From: Podarcis filfolensis
Taxonomy: Eukaryota
Assembly: GCA_964270895.1 (NCBI GenBank)
Contig: OZ185437.1
Direction: 5' to 3' (one strand)
DNA length: 64,000 nucleotides
The notes under the pieces are model-generated. The model saw nothing but the letters and a program-made list of their open reading frames with translations, was not told the DNA's origin and did not search any database. A program made the position numbers and the translations under genes. Each line of letters opens with the position of its first letter. Positions within the stretch are counted from its first letter, which is position 1. Shown in pieces: positions 51,054-63,663 of the stretch.

Positions 51054-51990
51054 TATTATTATGGTTAATTTTTATTTATCACTTGCCCTTCAACCTAAGG
51101 TCTCAGGGTGGGTCACAACAATTTAGAATACAACTCTGTAGTTTGTTGTAAACTTTTTAATCACAAAAGTAGGGTAGGTTCTACAAATATACATCTCAAG
51201 TGTCAAAGGCCTGGATAAAGAGCTGTATCTTCAGCATTCTCTGGAAACTTTGTAGTGAGGGTCCCAGACACACCTCTGTGGGGTGGGAGTTCCAGTTTAG
51301 GGGCTGTCACCAAGAATGCCCTCTCTAAGCCTCGCCCAAAGTTCTTTGGGGCAACAAAACTATGAAGAGAGGCCTCCTCTGCCGATCTTAACACCTGAGA
51401 GAGTCTGCAGGGAAGAAGATGGTCCTTCAGGTATATGAGGCCTAAGTAGTTTAGGGCTTTAAAGGTAAACAGTAAAGGACCCCTGGGTGGTTAAGTCCAG
51501 TCAAAGGCAACTATGGGGTGCGGCACTCATCTCGCTTCAGGCCAAGGGAGCTAGCATTTGTCCACAGACAGCTTTCCGGGTCATGTGGCCAGCAGGACTA
51601 AACCACTTCTGGTGCTGTTGCACCATGACAGAATCACCATTGACTTTAAACACTAACATGAACACCTTAAACTGGGCCCAGAAATGAACAGACAACCAAT
51701 GCAGCTGTTTAAGAAAAGGGATTATATGATTGAAAATGGAATCCCAGCCAGTAATTCTGATCAATTGAGCTTTCTAAGTAATCTTTAAGGGCAGACCAAA
51801 GGAGAGTGCATTGCAATGATCCAATTGGGAAGTTGCCAGGGTATGGAATACAGTGACCAAATCATTTATTTTCAAAATGGTGCATAGCTGGAAAAAGGCA
51901 CTCATAGCCACTAAGGCTACCTGAAACTTCAGTTGAATCCAGAACCCCTAAGCTATGGACCTGCTGCTCCTAGGACAGGGTAACCTCTTC
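51054..51990 (-). mobile_element. Old L2 3' fragment with tail, interrupted by a Sauria SINE
   Basis: ORF 51537-51764 reads HIIPFLKQLHWLSVHFWAQFKV (L2 ORF2); reversed AAT tail at 51054-51080. Confidence 0.8.
51461..51625 (-). mobile_element. 5'-truncated Sauria SINE
   Basis: Reverse complement of the SINE 3' half. Confidence 0.85.
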
Positions 51991-54458
51991 CAAAACAGGC
52001 CATCTCCTGGACTTGAGAACTTGGGATACATAAGATCTTTCTGTTTTCTCTATGAGTTTAGATGATGAACATTCTGTTTTGAAACTGAGAAAGCAAGTTC
52101 ACATGTGTACTTAACTGTAGATAGCAGTTTAAATTTATCTGGCTTTAGCCAGGAATATATTATATTTTATTGCAGGACAAAAAAACAATAACTTGCCAGT
52201 TTAACTGGAACGCCTATCAATAATAAACAAGGGACAACCTTCAAAATCCTCTTTAAAATAGGACTTTTTTATTTTTACAAAAAACACATCTCAAAAGTTA
52301 GAATAACTGTACACTGCATCCTATATAATGCTAAAGTTAGACATTCCAAGGTCTGATTCACACTTCAGCTTCAAACACAGAACTTATGTTTTGTAGTGTA
52401 GGGGAGCAAGACAAGACTATCTGACCGCCCACAGAACTTTTCAAAAGATTGTCTAGTTAAGACTAAAAGCTATATACCAGATAAGGGAGGGTGCATGAAT
52501 TGGTTTTTTTATATCCATCATATGTAGGACCCACACAAGATAAATTCTAAACCAGAATGTTAAATGATAACGGTGTTGGGGCAATTGTTTTTCTTGAAGA
52601 CAAATATCTATATGCATTTTGCAGTAGCCTATACTCCATGAATATTACTGTTTTTAATAGAGAAATATTAAACATGCCTATTGCTCAAGAGGTAAGCAGG
52701 CCAGAGAATGGTCTAAAGGCACAAGATCTGGTTCTAATGCTGAAAGCAAGCAGCCCTGACCATGTTATCCTATATAGGCACAAGATTATCTAGAAGATTC
52801 TTATGAGCCATTTATGTCATTATCAGAGGAAAAGCAAGGAATCATAATAAATAATAAATTAACTCATTGCAAAAGAATAAGCACTAGTCAGGGAAGGAGA
52901 TTCTTCAGAGCACATCACATTATTTTTCACAACCAGAGAGATATATACATATTCTTAAGTAGTTGTATGACTACTACAGGATGTTGAATCTGCTAATTCT
53001 TCAAGGGTGAAAAGGCTAGCATATGGGTTTGAAAGGGTAACTATTTGTGCAGCTCTGTGTTAGAGAGCAGGATGTTTAGAATAATCTGTGCAGGGGGGAA
53101 CTGCTTTCTAAAAAATCAAGCAAGCAAAATTGTATGATCTGCTGTTTTTCCTTTAGTTTAAAGTAGCTGGCTCTGGGATGAAGAACTATTTACCTTCTAC
53201 AATCACTGAGGTACAAACAGATTTTGCGGGTACAACAGTTACCTGCAACAGCAGCATGTGCCCTCTATGCAGGAAGCAAGAAATATCTTCAAGCCAACAT
53301 GTACCATGGAAACCAGGACTTAGCATGTTATTCTTGGAATGATGAAACAAGAAGCTGCAACTTCAAAGGTATCCCAGAAGCAGTCTACTGGAGAGATAAA
53401 ATTATACCTAATCCCCAGTGAACAGGATTACTAGTTCAGTTCAAATTAGTTAATGAATCTGGGAGTAAGGAACTGAACCACCTGTTTCAAAACAAGCCCT
53501 TTGGTTTGAAATGATACAGCACAAGGACAGTAATAATGGAACTGCAGGGAACCTGGTTATGGCGTTTCTTACAGGGATAGGATAAGAATTCATAGTAAGT
53601 ATGTATCACAGGAACTCAAGTGTTTTCAGTCTTTTCTAATGCAGGATGAGATCAACCAGCAAAGACATTTTATGATAGGCCAGTATCACTCTACACACAC
53701 GCCCCCCCCCGCCTCAATTTTATGTTATGGCACCACAAAGCCAGTAATGCTTCACAAAACAATCAAGCAAACTTAAAATAATTACTAATATGTGGACATC
53801 ATCATTTATTGTCAGAAGAAACACAAACATTCCTATGCATGTTTACTCAGAAGTCAGTTCCACTACATTCTCAACAGTTTACTTCTAAATGGGTTTCGGA
53901 TTATACTCCTATGCTTCTTTCTTCCAAACCCACAACCCCCACAGAGTGCCAGAAAATCCCTACTAGTTTACTCTCTGCAGTCTCATCTAGAGTGAGAATT
54001 TGATAAATAGTCAGGAAAAACAACTATCAGTTTAGTAAGTACATGGTATTAATGATATTTGGTCAAGCTAAGGCAATTTTAAAAAATGAAAAATTATGGG
54101 AGGAAAATAAATGTATGTGGTCTATATACAAATAGACAAGTATCTAATTTCCTAAAGAAATTACAGTTTCCTAATCTGAATACTTTACAAAGGTGTAACT
54201 ATTTATTTTACAATTTATTTTTCCTAACATTACTGTTTCCTATATTCCTCTTTAACAATGCTGGAAAAAATGAATGCTTGAAAAAGGACTTCTGTGTTTA
54301 TAGGGAGAAAAGAAAGACAGGAAAAACCACTAGATCAACAATGATCATGCATCCTTTTTCTCCACCCCAAGTGCGCAGAAAACCAGCTTTCCAACTGTTT
54401 TTCAGGTTCTCTTGTAGCATACATCTTGGAAATCCCAAAGAATGGTTTAAGTCCTCCA

Positions 54459-54965
54459 CTAAATATAAACTAGATCATGATTTTGGGCCTCTCTTCTGGT
54501 CCTCTCCTCATCTTCATCTGATTCTGACTCCAATCTATGACAATTACTGTATTCATATTCAATAGGCTTGGGATAGCTGTAAGGGTAACCATTGTCATCA
54601 AAAAACCTTCGAAATGTAAATTCATAAAAAGCATGTTCAGGATGTTTGCCATTTTTATACCACCCATTAAGTGTGTCATTTACATTCCCTTCCTTATCCT
54701 CACTCCATAATTTATCTGGGTCAATTGGATCAAAATTTGATGTGTCTGTGGGATGCGTAATTTTAGGGATGTAGGAAGCAGGTTGCTGCCGCAGATCACT
54801 TGAAAAATCAATAGATTTAAAAAACGGATGTGCTTTTATCTCATCTGCACCATTCTTGCCTAAGCGGTCTTCTGGCCCACGGCAGAGCTTAATAATAAGG
54901 TCAGATGCCTCTGGCGTTAGTTTTGCTTGCAGTGGAATGTGCAGTGATGTTTTCCAATTGATAAC
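54459..54965 (-). CDS. LATS1: LATS1 last coding exon (507 nt), AGC C-terminal tail and hydrophobic motif
   Basis: VINWKTSLHIPLQAKL...HPEHAFYEFTFRRFFDDNG...NHDLVYI*. Confidence 0.97.
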   Translation of the reverse strand, partial: VINWKTSLHIPLQAKLTPEASDLIIKLCRGPEDRLGKNGADEIKAHPFFKSIDFSSDLRQQPASYIPKITHPTDTSNFDPIDPDKLWSEDKEGNVNDTLNGWYKNGKHPEHAFYEFTFRRFFDDNGYPYSYPKPIEYEYSNCHRLESESDEDEERTRREAQNHDLVYI

Positions 54966-55036
54966 CTTTAGATTAAAAACACAAACAAGTGCAACAAAAT
55001 TAGAAGACTGTTTCAGTAATAAAACACCTAACCTCA

Positions 55037-55225
<189 letters not shown>

Positions 55226-56019
55226 TCAATATTTCAATAAAAATTCTAGATTTAATTTGAGAACACACCAGCTATTTTTTTTTTTCATTTCATTTTTTCC
55301 CATCATGTTTTTCAATTTTCTACTGCATGTACCGGTAACTTTATTTTCAGGTCTTAAAAATGGGCTGATGGTTAGTGATACTTTTGCATGTGGCACTTTA
55401 ATGTGTATGCAGTTTGGCTTGATTCAATTTCAGAAATGTTGCTATATTCAATGCTTATATAAATTATTGATGAAATGTTATTGAACATAATTTGTTTTGT
55501 GGAAAGGCAGCATACAAACAGAAGTCTAATGTAGCAGGACTGTTAAAAGCCAGGAGCTCTATCACACGTAGCACAATAATACAAAATTTAAGATCATAAA
55601 GTGTCACAGTACAGTCGTATTACAATGTTACCTGTATGATAAAAACATTTTGAAAAAAATGTTAGGCTCACCAAACAGGGGAAAACCTTCATTGTTCGTG
55701 TTTGCATTTGTAGTTGAAATGAGAAGCTACCTTAAAAATAGGTGCTTTTTCTATCCAGGTGTACTTTACCACAAGCAGAGGAATCTATACAATGTTGAAT
55801 AACTGTAATCTTCCCCTATTAGGATGAAGAGTTCTTCACATTGATACACTATGTTGTGTTACAAAATATAGCACCATAAATTGTCATTTGTATCACCGTA
55901 TACAGTCCTGTATTATAGCGGTGCTTCCTTATTATACCAGTTTGAGTTTTTGGGTAATCATTTTCAGAAACAAGCACCAAATTACTTTGCCAAGGAAAGG
56001 AACAACAGGAAACATTTAC

Positions 56020-56202
56020 CTGTCCGCAGCAATACTTCTGGTGCAATATAATTTGGTGTCCCAACTAATGAGTGTGCCAGACAGCGCTGGTGCTGACGTG
56101 CTGCTCTACGTTCAAGTGGCTTCAGCCTGTCTCCACATCTACAGCTTGCTGGATCTCCCCATTCATTACTGAAATCCATGCTGTCCTGACGTGGGTGGTC
56201 AC
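56020..56202 (-). CDS. LATS1: LATS1 coding exon (183 nt), kinase insert and activation loop
   Basis: DHPRQDSMDFSNEWGDPASCRCGDRLKPLERRAARQHQRCLAHSLVGTPNYIAPEVLLRT. Confidence 0.97.
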
Positions 56203-56539
56203 CTGCAACAGAAAACATTTTGCAAACCAATAGAAGCAATTGTGAAGGGGGTGACTGGAAAGCAAAATCTTGCTCATCTTTGCTGTAAATATATTTTAAA
56301 TGATGTCATTTCACAATAGTCATTAATATTTTTTGAAGTGGGACAAGATTACAAAAGACATCTAATATTATATAATGGGTGATTGAGACTATCTCTGCTT
56401 TGATAATGACTTCACAAAATGTTATGGTGCTCAATCAGGCAGCAATGCGGAAAACCTGCTAGTAAATACAAGTAAACGCTGCTACTATATATGCTAATAT
56501 GCAGTAACAAAAGGCCATTATTGCAAACATTTCTCTTAC

Positions 56540-57122
56540 CACTCTGGTAGTATTTGGAATCATGTGTCCACCGAAAGCCAGTACAAAGCCCAAAGTCAGT
56601 CAGTTTGATGTGGCCATCACGATCAATCAGAATATTATCTGGTTTTATGTCCCTATGAATGAATCCCATCTTATGGACACTTTCAACTGCGCAGATCAGT
56701 TCTGCTATGTAGAACCGGGCCATATTTTCTGGGAAGACCCCCATTCGAATTAACAGACTCATCATATCTCCTCCTGGAATATAGTCCATAACGAAGTATA
56801 AATTGTCTTTATCTTGGAATGAATAGTACAAACGAACTACCCACTCATTATCAGCTTCTGCAAGAATATCCCGTTCAGCTTTAACATGAGCAACCTGATT
56901 CCGAAGTAACACATCCTTTTTACGTAGAGTTTTTGTTGCATATAAGGCATTTGTATCCACCTTTCTTGCTAAGCACACCTCTCCAAATGCCCCAATTCCA
57001 AGGGTCTTAATCTTAACAAACATTGATTTATCCATTTTTGCCCGTTTCAGACGGATGTAGTTAGATTCCTTTTGGCATAACATTTTCCTCATTTGATCCT
57101 GGGCTTCTTGGGATAACCCAAC
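56540..57122 (-). CDS. LATS1: LATS1 coding exon (583 nt), MOB1-binding region and kinase N-lobe to DFG
   Basis: VGLSQEAQDQMRKMLCQKESNYIRLKRAK...GIGAFG...HRDIKPDN...DFGLCTGFRWTHDSKYYQS. Confidence 0.98.
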
Positions 57123-59187
57123 CTATGCAACAAATATGAAATTTGACAAGTGAAAAAAATGAAGAATTGCTCATGGAAAATGTCTACAAACTCAGGTTTA
57201 GGACAAGCAAAGCACCAGTCCTTAAATAGGGAATAATGCCTCCATTTTTATTGTTTTAATTTCTGTATTGCAATATGTTAGGAGTCAATGAAAACACTTC
57301 AGAACAAATATGACACAAAATGTAGTATTCAGGGATGGTTAAAAGGAGTGATTATAACAAAGCCATACACTAAGAGCCATGCACAATGAGGCTCAGGATT
57401 TAAGGATAATTGGTTTGATGAGGGTCTTGACTGATGAAAATAGGCAAGCTGAACACAACATTCTGTTATTGCTAAGAGTTTGGGGGACAGGATGGCTATG
57501 ACTACTTTCCTTCATAGAAATGTTCTTAATAGTCAGCTAAAGCTAGATCTCATTCACATTTCTTCTATTTACATGACAAGAAAAGTAGTCGTCTCCTGTC
57601 AGGATTCAAATCTTACTAAAGAAACTGCACTATTTCTTCCCATGTGACTTTCTACCCTTCACTGTTAAAGGACTCAATTTATAATTGTGTTGAACACAAT
57701 CTTTAGAAGAAAAGGAGGGTGGAAAGTTATACAAATAAGTGTCTGGCAAAATAAGTAATGAAAGTACTAAATAAACCAGCCACTTTTAAGTATACAGAAT
57801 TAAGTAAAATACAAAAGTATAATTGTATCATTATCCCTGTGCTACTGCAGACCATAAATAATTTTATAAAACAGGAAAAGGAAGGAAGATTAGTAATCTG
57901 ATATAAATACATTCAAGTACGGTGAAAGAATACATGCTTAATTCAAATGCAAGTAAGCATGCAGGGTCCCTAAGAAAGAGTCCATGCTATTCTGTAAATG
58001 CAACACTTGTCTCCAAAATATTACTTGCCTACCCAGTAACGAAGGGTAGAGATGTCAGGAAAGGTTCCAACACCTTAATAGTTAAATCAGCTGTTAGTGA
58101 AAGTGAAAAGGAAAGAGACTAAGAATGAACATGTAGAAAAAGCAAGAACTGGAATTTGATTTACACATCAGTTAGCTTACTATTACATAAAGATACAATT
58201 TAACAGGGATATTTTTTGAAAACAAAACTGCACTTCTAAAGAATGTCACAGAAGCAGAGAAAGGTGGTTCACCCTTGATTCCAGTGAAAGTGTAAACTAG
58301 AAATTAATAACATGCAGCTGAAATTCCAATGCTTATTTTTAACACAGGTAATAAAGGCAATTCCACTGCTTTGTCAAAATATATCTGTCTGTAACAAATC
58401 AAAAGAACTCACAACTGATTAAAACAGTTCCTTCCTACGTCACATAATTTTGGAGCGTATACAGTTGTTGTTTTCTTTCAAAGAGGCCTTTTACATTCCA
58501 TCAAATAGCTTAACATAAAATTAGCAAGATTAAGGAAAACCCTTATATCTTGTTAGCCTGTATTCATCACAGGATTTATTAAATCTCTCAGTCTACTGAG
58601 TCACTTACTTCTAGGCCCATGTCTGCCACAAAAAATAGCTGCAAAGCTCAGATTTAGAGGGAATGGTCCTAGCAGAATCAGTGTTGCTAGAGTTTGGGGA
58701 AAATAATACTTAATCTCTTTGGCACATTCCTAGGGAAGCTGCCTGCTTGACTACAATTGTGTATATCCTTGGTTGGGCACATATAAATAAGTTTCCGACT
58801 TCCCCATTCCCAACTCTCATGGCATCAACAATTTGTTTCTCTTCTGAGCAATAAAGTTGAAAGTCGGCATACTGCATTTTTAGATCACTTGTTTCTACCC
58901 ATTTTCCAGTGCTTCCTGATTGCATGCATTCCTTTTATAGTTTCTTGAATGCACCAACTTGGCTTCAGCAGACATAAGGAGATAGGTTCTTTTTTTCACC
59001 AAGAACCCTGTTTTCAAAAAGTAAGGTAGGCGTTTCCTACAAAGGTATAGACAATGGCTAGAGAGCTTCAAGCTCTCCTGTGATTCCAGCCTGATACCCT
59101 GACTAGAGCAGCATTATTGCTGATTGTTCGAAGAGCTTTCGATTTTTCAGGGTTTCCCCCCTGCAAATGAGATTCCTTCCATTAGGA

Positions 59188-59325
59188 CAGGCTTCCTCAA
59201 CCTCGGCAGCTCCCGATGTTTTGAGACTACAATTCCCATCATCCCGGACGACTGGTCCTGCTAGCTAGGGATCATGGGAGTTGTAGGTCAAAAAATATCT
59301 GGAGGGCCGAGGTTGAAGAAGTCTG
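59188..59325. mobile_element. Intact 138-bp hAT MITE
   Basis: TIRs caggcttcctcaacctcggc / gccgaggttgaagaagtctg; perfect TSD CATTAGGA at 59180-59187 and 59326-59333. Confidence 0.92.
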
Positions 59326-60510
59326 CATTAGGATCTTTAAGCCATTCTTATTAGAATTCTCTTGTGCTTGAAACAAAGCTAATTGCTTGGACAAAGCTAA
59401 TTGCTATATCTCACATCAGAACTTGATGCTTACTGCTTACATAAAGAGATATGTAACAACACCTGTGGTCTGAGGCTGGATTCTACCACTACTACAGTAA
59501 AGAGAAAAACAGAGTGAACAACAAAAATCCATAGGACAGAACAGTATCCTGGAAATGCTGCCCTGGGACTTTAATTGAAGGTGAAAGTATAAATTCTGCA
59601 AATATATTCTGGAACTGAATTTGAGATTGTACAGATACAGGCTTGGATCTTAGGCTCAGAGTCATCTCTGGTAGTCAAACAGCAACTCAGGATCAAAGCC
59701 ATTTATCTGCTAGGTATAATATTTAATTATTTATTTATAGTTTTCAAAAGAGAGTAAATGTAGAACTATAACAAATGCTGCATTCCTACAGAGCTAGACT
59801 ATCATCAACTGTGCACATGGAAGAGGTAAGTTAGTAGCATATGTCACAAACGCCTGCTATGGAAATGACCAAAAAACCTGAAACAGCTCCTTGCAGGAGC
59901 TTAAGTATATTTTGCTCATGCAACATTACTTCAGAAACAATTTTTTATAATTTTTCTTCCTAGACACAAAATACCCAACACATCTACCTTGATACTGTTG
60001 CATGATATAATACATATAAGGGAAGCAACTCAGATTCAACAATTATCTAAGTTATGAATTTTGGGGGGCTGTGGCAAATGATAGTATTGCATCTAACAGT
60101 AATGGCTGATGTGGTACGCTAGAGCCACAGACTTGTCCTTCAGAAACCAACTCTGCTGCAGCTTACCTGGATGTCATTGGACTGGAGTGTCAAAAAGTCA
60201 ATCTGGTACTCCCATTGGTGCATTCATGGAGCCCCAACCTTGCTGGTGCTCCACCCAAGCACTGCCCTGGTAAGCTGCAGCACTGGTGCTGCCAGGAAGA
60301 TGGCTCCACAGTTCTAACCCATCACACCAGCTGCTCCTGGCATTTGGGTATGAAAGATCTCAGATTCAGAGCGTTTGGCCATGAGTAAATCACTGAAGGT
60401 CAGCCTAGTTCACCTCAGAGATTTGACACAATGATACAATCAGAAGGCTTGAAAAACATTCCACACAGAAGCAACACGGAAATAGGAATTAAATAATTAA
60501 AAGGCTTTAC

Positions 60511-61985
60511 CCGCATCATTTCATTTTCCAGTTGTTTCTTACGATGGAGTCGCTGCTGGTGAGATTTCAGTATGTTTTCGACATGCTGCTCCATAAAGAA
60601 CTTAAAAGCCTGAGGAGAATAGCTCTGAATGCGGGACTCCCTTCTTTCTTCATCTCTCTTGTTTTTCCTAACAGGGACTGGTGAAGTTGTTATTTGCTTC
60701 TTTTCTCTATCCATTCCCTCGTTGTTCTCATTCTTTTCACTTTCTTCTTCTTTAGGGAAACTGGGCTGATCCTCTTTGCCAGGCTTTGCAACAGACTCGT
60801 AAGAAGTGACAGGTGGATTTGGGTGTAATAAATGCTTTGGATAAGGTGGTGGTGGACCTTGATATGTTGGAGCCTCTGGCGCAGGTGACATGACTGCCAT
60901 ATTTGTACATGGTCCTTCAGAAAAGGAGATGGGTTGGACAGCCTGCATTGGTTGTGACATCCAAGAAGGGTGAGTAGGAGCTAAGGCAGTTTGCAGCTCT
61001 GGTTTCAGTACACGCATGCTTTTTACTGGCTGCTGTATAGGAGCTGGAGTAACAGCAGTTACTGTGGTGGCAGAAGTCTGTGAATTGGTAGCATGGCTTT
61101 GTCTGCTTCCAAGAGGGTTATTGAAGGAATTTGACCTTACTGGAATATTCGGTTGCCAAGTTGGAATTTCGTGCCCAGAGGACGACTGGGGCCAGGATGT
61201 TGGGATTCCAGGAACATTTATATTGTACAGCTCCATATTGTGGCTGTTTCTGTTTGGAACCATCATAGACTGAGGAATGTTCCCATTAGGATAAGATGGG
61301 GCTGCAGAGCCTCCTGCTTGCATTTGCAAAGGTGTGGGGCTTTGCTGGCTTGCCGGAGACATGGGGTAAGGCGGTGGCGGTTGACGATTCGCTGAGTTAC
61401 CAGGCACAATATTCTGATGAACAATATAATCAGTCTGACAATTGCCATTTTGCATTCCAGCCCTTCCAGATGAAAAACTAAATTTATTGTTAACTGAACT
61501 TTGCATGATTATTGGTTGCCTGCCAACAGGAACAGAACTAATACCTCTTTGTCCCTGTGTGGAAGGATTCATCGATGATGGATTTATAGGTTGCGGAGGA
61601 TAGCCATCTTGCCATGCCCCTGGTGGCACTGGAGAAATGCGAGAGATCATATATTCCATGCTACCAGAATAGCGTTTTGTCTGAGAATTTGTTTCCCAGG
61701 AAGGAGGAGGTGGAGTTGTTCCTCTGGGAGGTGGAGGAGGAGGGGTTACACTCCTTACTTGAGGTGGAGGTGGCGGATTTGCTCTTTGTCCATTACCAGG
61801 ATGAGCCTGAGCAAATCCTGTTATTCCAGAGCCAGACAAGGGTCTTCCTCCATCAGGCTGAGAAATGGGATTCTCGGAATGAAATGCCAGGCCATCTACC
61901 AATGCAGGACCATGTCTCTGAGGCACCAAGGATTCTTTAGAACCTTTCCAGCTCTGCCTGCGGTTGACTGACTGCTGCACTCCCC
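60511..61985 (-). CDS. LATS1: LATS1 large coding exon (1475 nt), Pro/Ser-rich region with two PPxY motifs
   Basis: GVQQSVNRRQSWKGSKESL...RQPPPPYP...PVRSNSFNN...QGPPPPYP...EQHVENILKSHQQRLHRKKQLENEMMR. Confidence 0.97.
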
Positions 61986-63356
61986 CTATTTGTTTTAAAA
62001 AGAAAACAACAGTATGCTTTTTATTACACAGTGCACTGTTATTTCAGAACAGGAATTTCATAGGATTAATAAATGTGATGTTTCATGGAAACAGAAGCAA
62101 AGTTCAAATATAACTTTGAAAAAACAATATGAATGATTCATTTGAGTTTAAAAACATTAATTTAAAAGAACTTACTTCTAGGAATAAGGGGCATGAATTA
62201 ATTCAAATATATGCACAGAAAAAGACTGGAAGATCCTAAAGGGTTTATACCCTCAGGCATGCTTTCCCCAATCCCCAACCAATTTTTTATTTTAAAAGTT
62301 AAGTTTATTTTCCCTCTTGGTTGTTTTGTTGGGAGGCATTGTCCATTTTTTTAAAGGGGGTATTGCCTACTTTGTTTGTTTTATTTCTTATTTGAGGAAT
62401 TAAGAGACCTGTCTGGGGTGGGGAGGACTCGAAACATCACAGGTGTTTCTTCTGTGAAATGGATATTTTGTGTAACTACATATTACAAACAACTGCATGT
62501 AACTGAGCCCAAACAGATTTTTTCCCCAAAAGGAAAGCAGCAACAGGAGGACACTATTTTTTCTATCCAGCTATTTATTTGCACCAAATTATTCCTATGC
62601 TCAAGAGGTTTTTCTCTCTTTTCTGGTTAATTTCTGAGTACGATAGGACAAAGAAACTTGTGGAACTCCACAAGAAAGTCTCTGGGGGAAGGAGGCATTT
62701 GATTTTCAGCACAGACATGGCAGGTGGAGAATGGACTAAGCATCCCTCCCTCTTTCACTCTGAACACTCCTTTCCTGAGGCAGCTTTTCCTTTTTTTTAA
62801 AAAAAGGGTTAGTTATGCACATTGGAATATAATATGTTAAGTGACCCATTGCTGTAAAACTTGGTCCAGATCTCTATGTATTGCCTTTCTCTGGCTATAC
62901 CCAGTTTTCCAGATGCCAACCCAAAGGTGGGAGAGAAATGGGGCTGGAGCTAGCCAGATGAGATGAGGAAGCATTCTCAATTTACTTCCCTGGGGCTTCC
63001 TGGTGTCTTGAGTTAGAATGAAAGCAATAGCAAAAAGACACACGCACCCTGTTTCAACAGGCCTTTAATTAAATATCCACTTCAGAAGTTCAATAACACC
63101 ATCTCCATCCAACCCGATGTCAAAATGAACTGAATACACAAAATTAATTGAGCTGCAGTAGTTTGCTGTAACATTGTGTAACACTGAACATAAAATTTTA
63201 TAGCATATATAAATGAAAATGCTACTTTTTAAAAAGTCTTGTCTTTATTGTTTGGATGTTGAACTTCCAAAGCTTATCTCTCTGTCCTCTGCCACAAGAT
63301 TTCCAATCATGGCGGAAGTGGCCAATTTCATTTCTTGTTTCCAAGGCCATATATTA

Positions 63357-63498
63357 GAAATGGTTTAGTCACGCTAGCCACATTATCCAGAAAGCTGTCT
63401 GTGGACAAACGCCGGCTCCCTTGGCCTGAAGCAAGATGAGCGCCGCACCCCAGTCGCCTTTGACTGGACTTAACCATCCAGCGGTACTTTACCTTTTT
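63357..63498 (+). mobile_element. 5'-truncated Sauria SINE, antisense to LATS1, next to a splice donor
   Basis: gctgtctgtggacaaacgccggctccc...gactggacttaacc...tactttaccttt. Confidence 0.87.
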
Positions 63499-63512
63499 TC
63501 CGTTACACCTAC

Positions 63513-63663
63513 CTGGTGGTTTTGTGCCAGCGTTAACAGGTCTAGCTGCTGCCGCTGCCATTTGTTCTCGCCGAGAATCTTGGTAGCTCATTTTACTTAT
63601 GAATTCAATTGCTGCTTCTATACTGCGGCTGTTGGTTTGTCTTAGAGCTTGTACAACCATATC
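63513..63663 (-). CDS. LATS1: LATS1 coding exon (151 nt), UBA domain end; upstream exon(s) outside window
   Basis: DMVVQALRQTNSRSIEAAIEFISKMSYQDSRREQMAAAAARPVNAGTKPP; aatag / gtaggt flanks. Confidence 0.96.

Larger units (their letters stand above)
49500..54458 (-). other. LATS1: Probable LATS1 3' UTR (distal end uncertain)
   Basis: U-rich on the minus strand, no splice structure needed; AATAAA candidates at 51071, 50310, 49709 and 49540. Confidence 0.55.
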
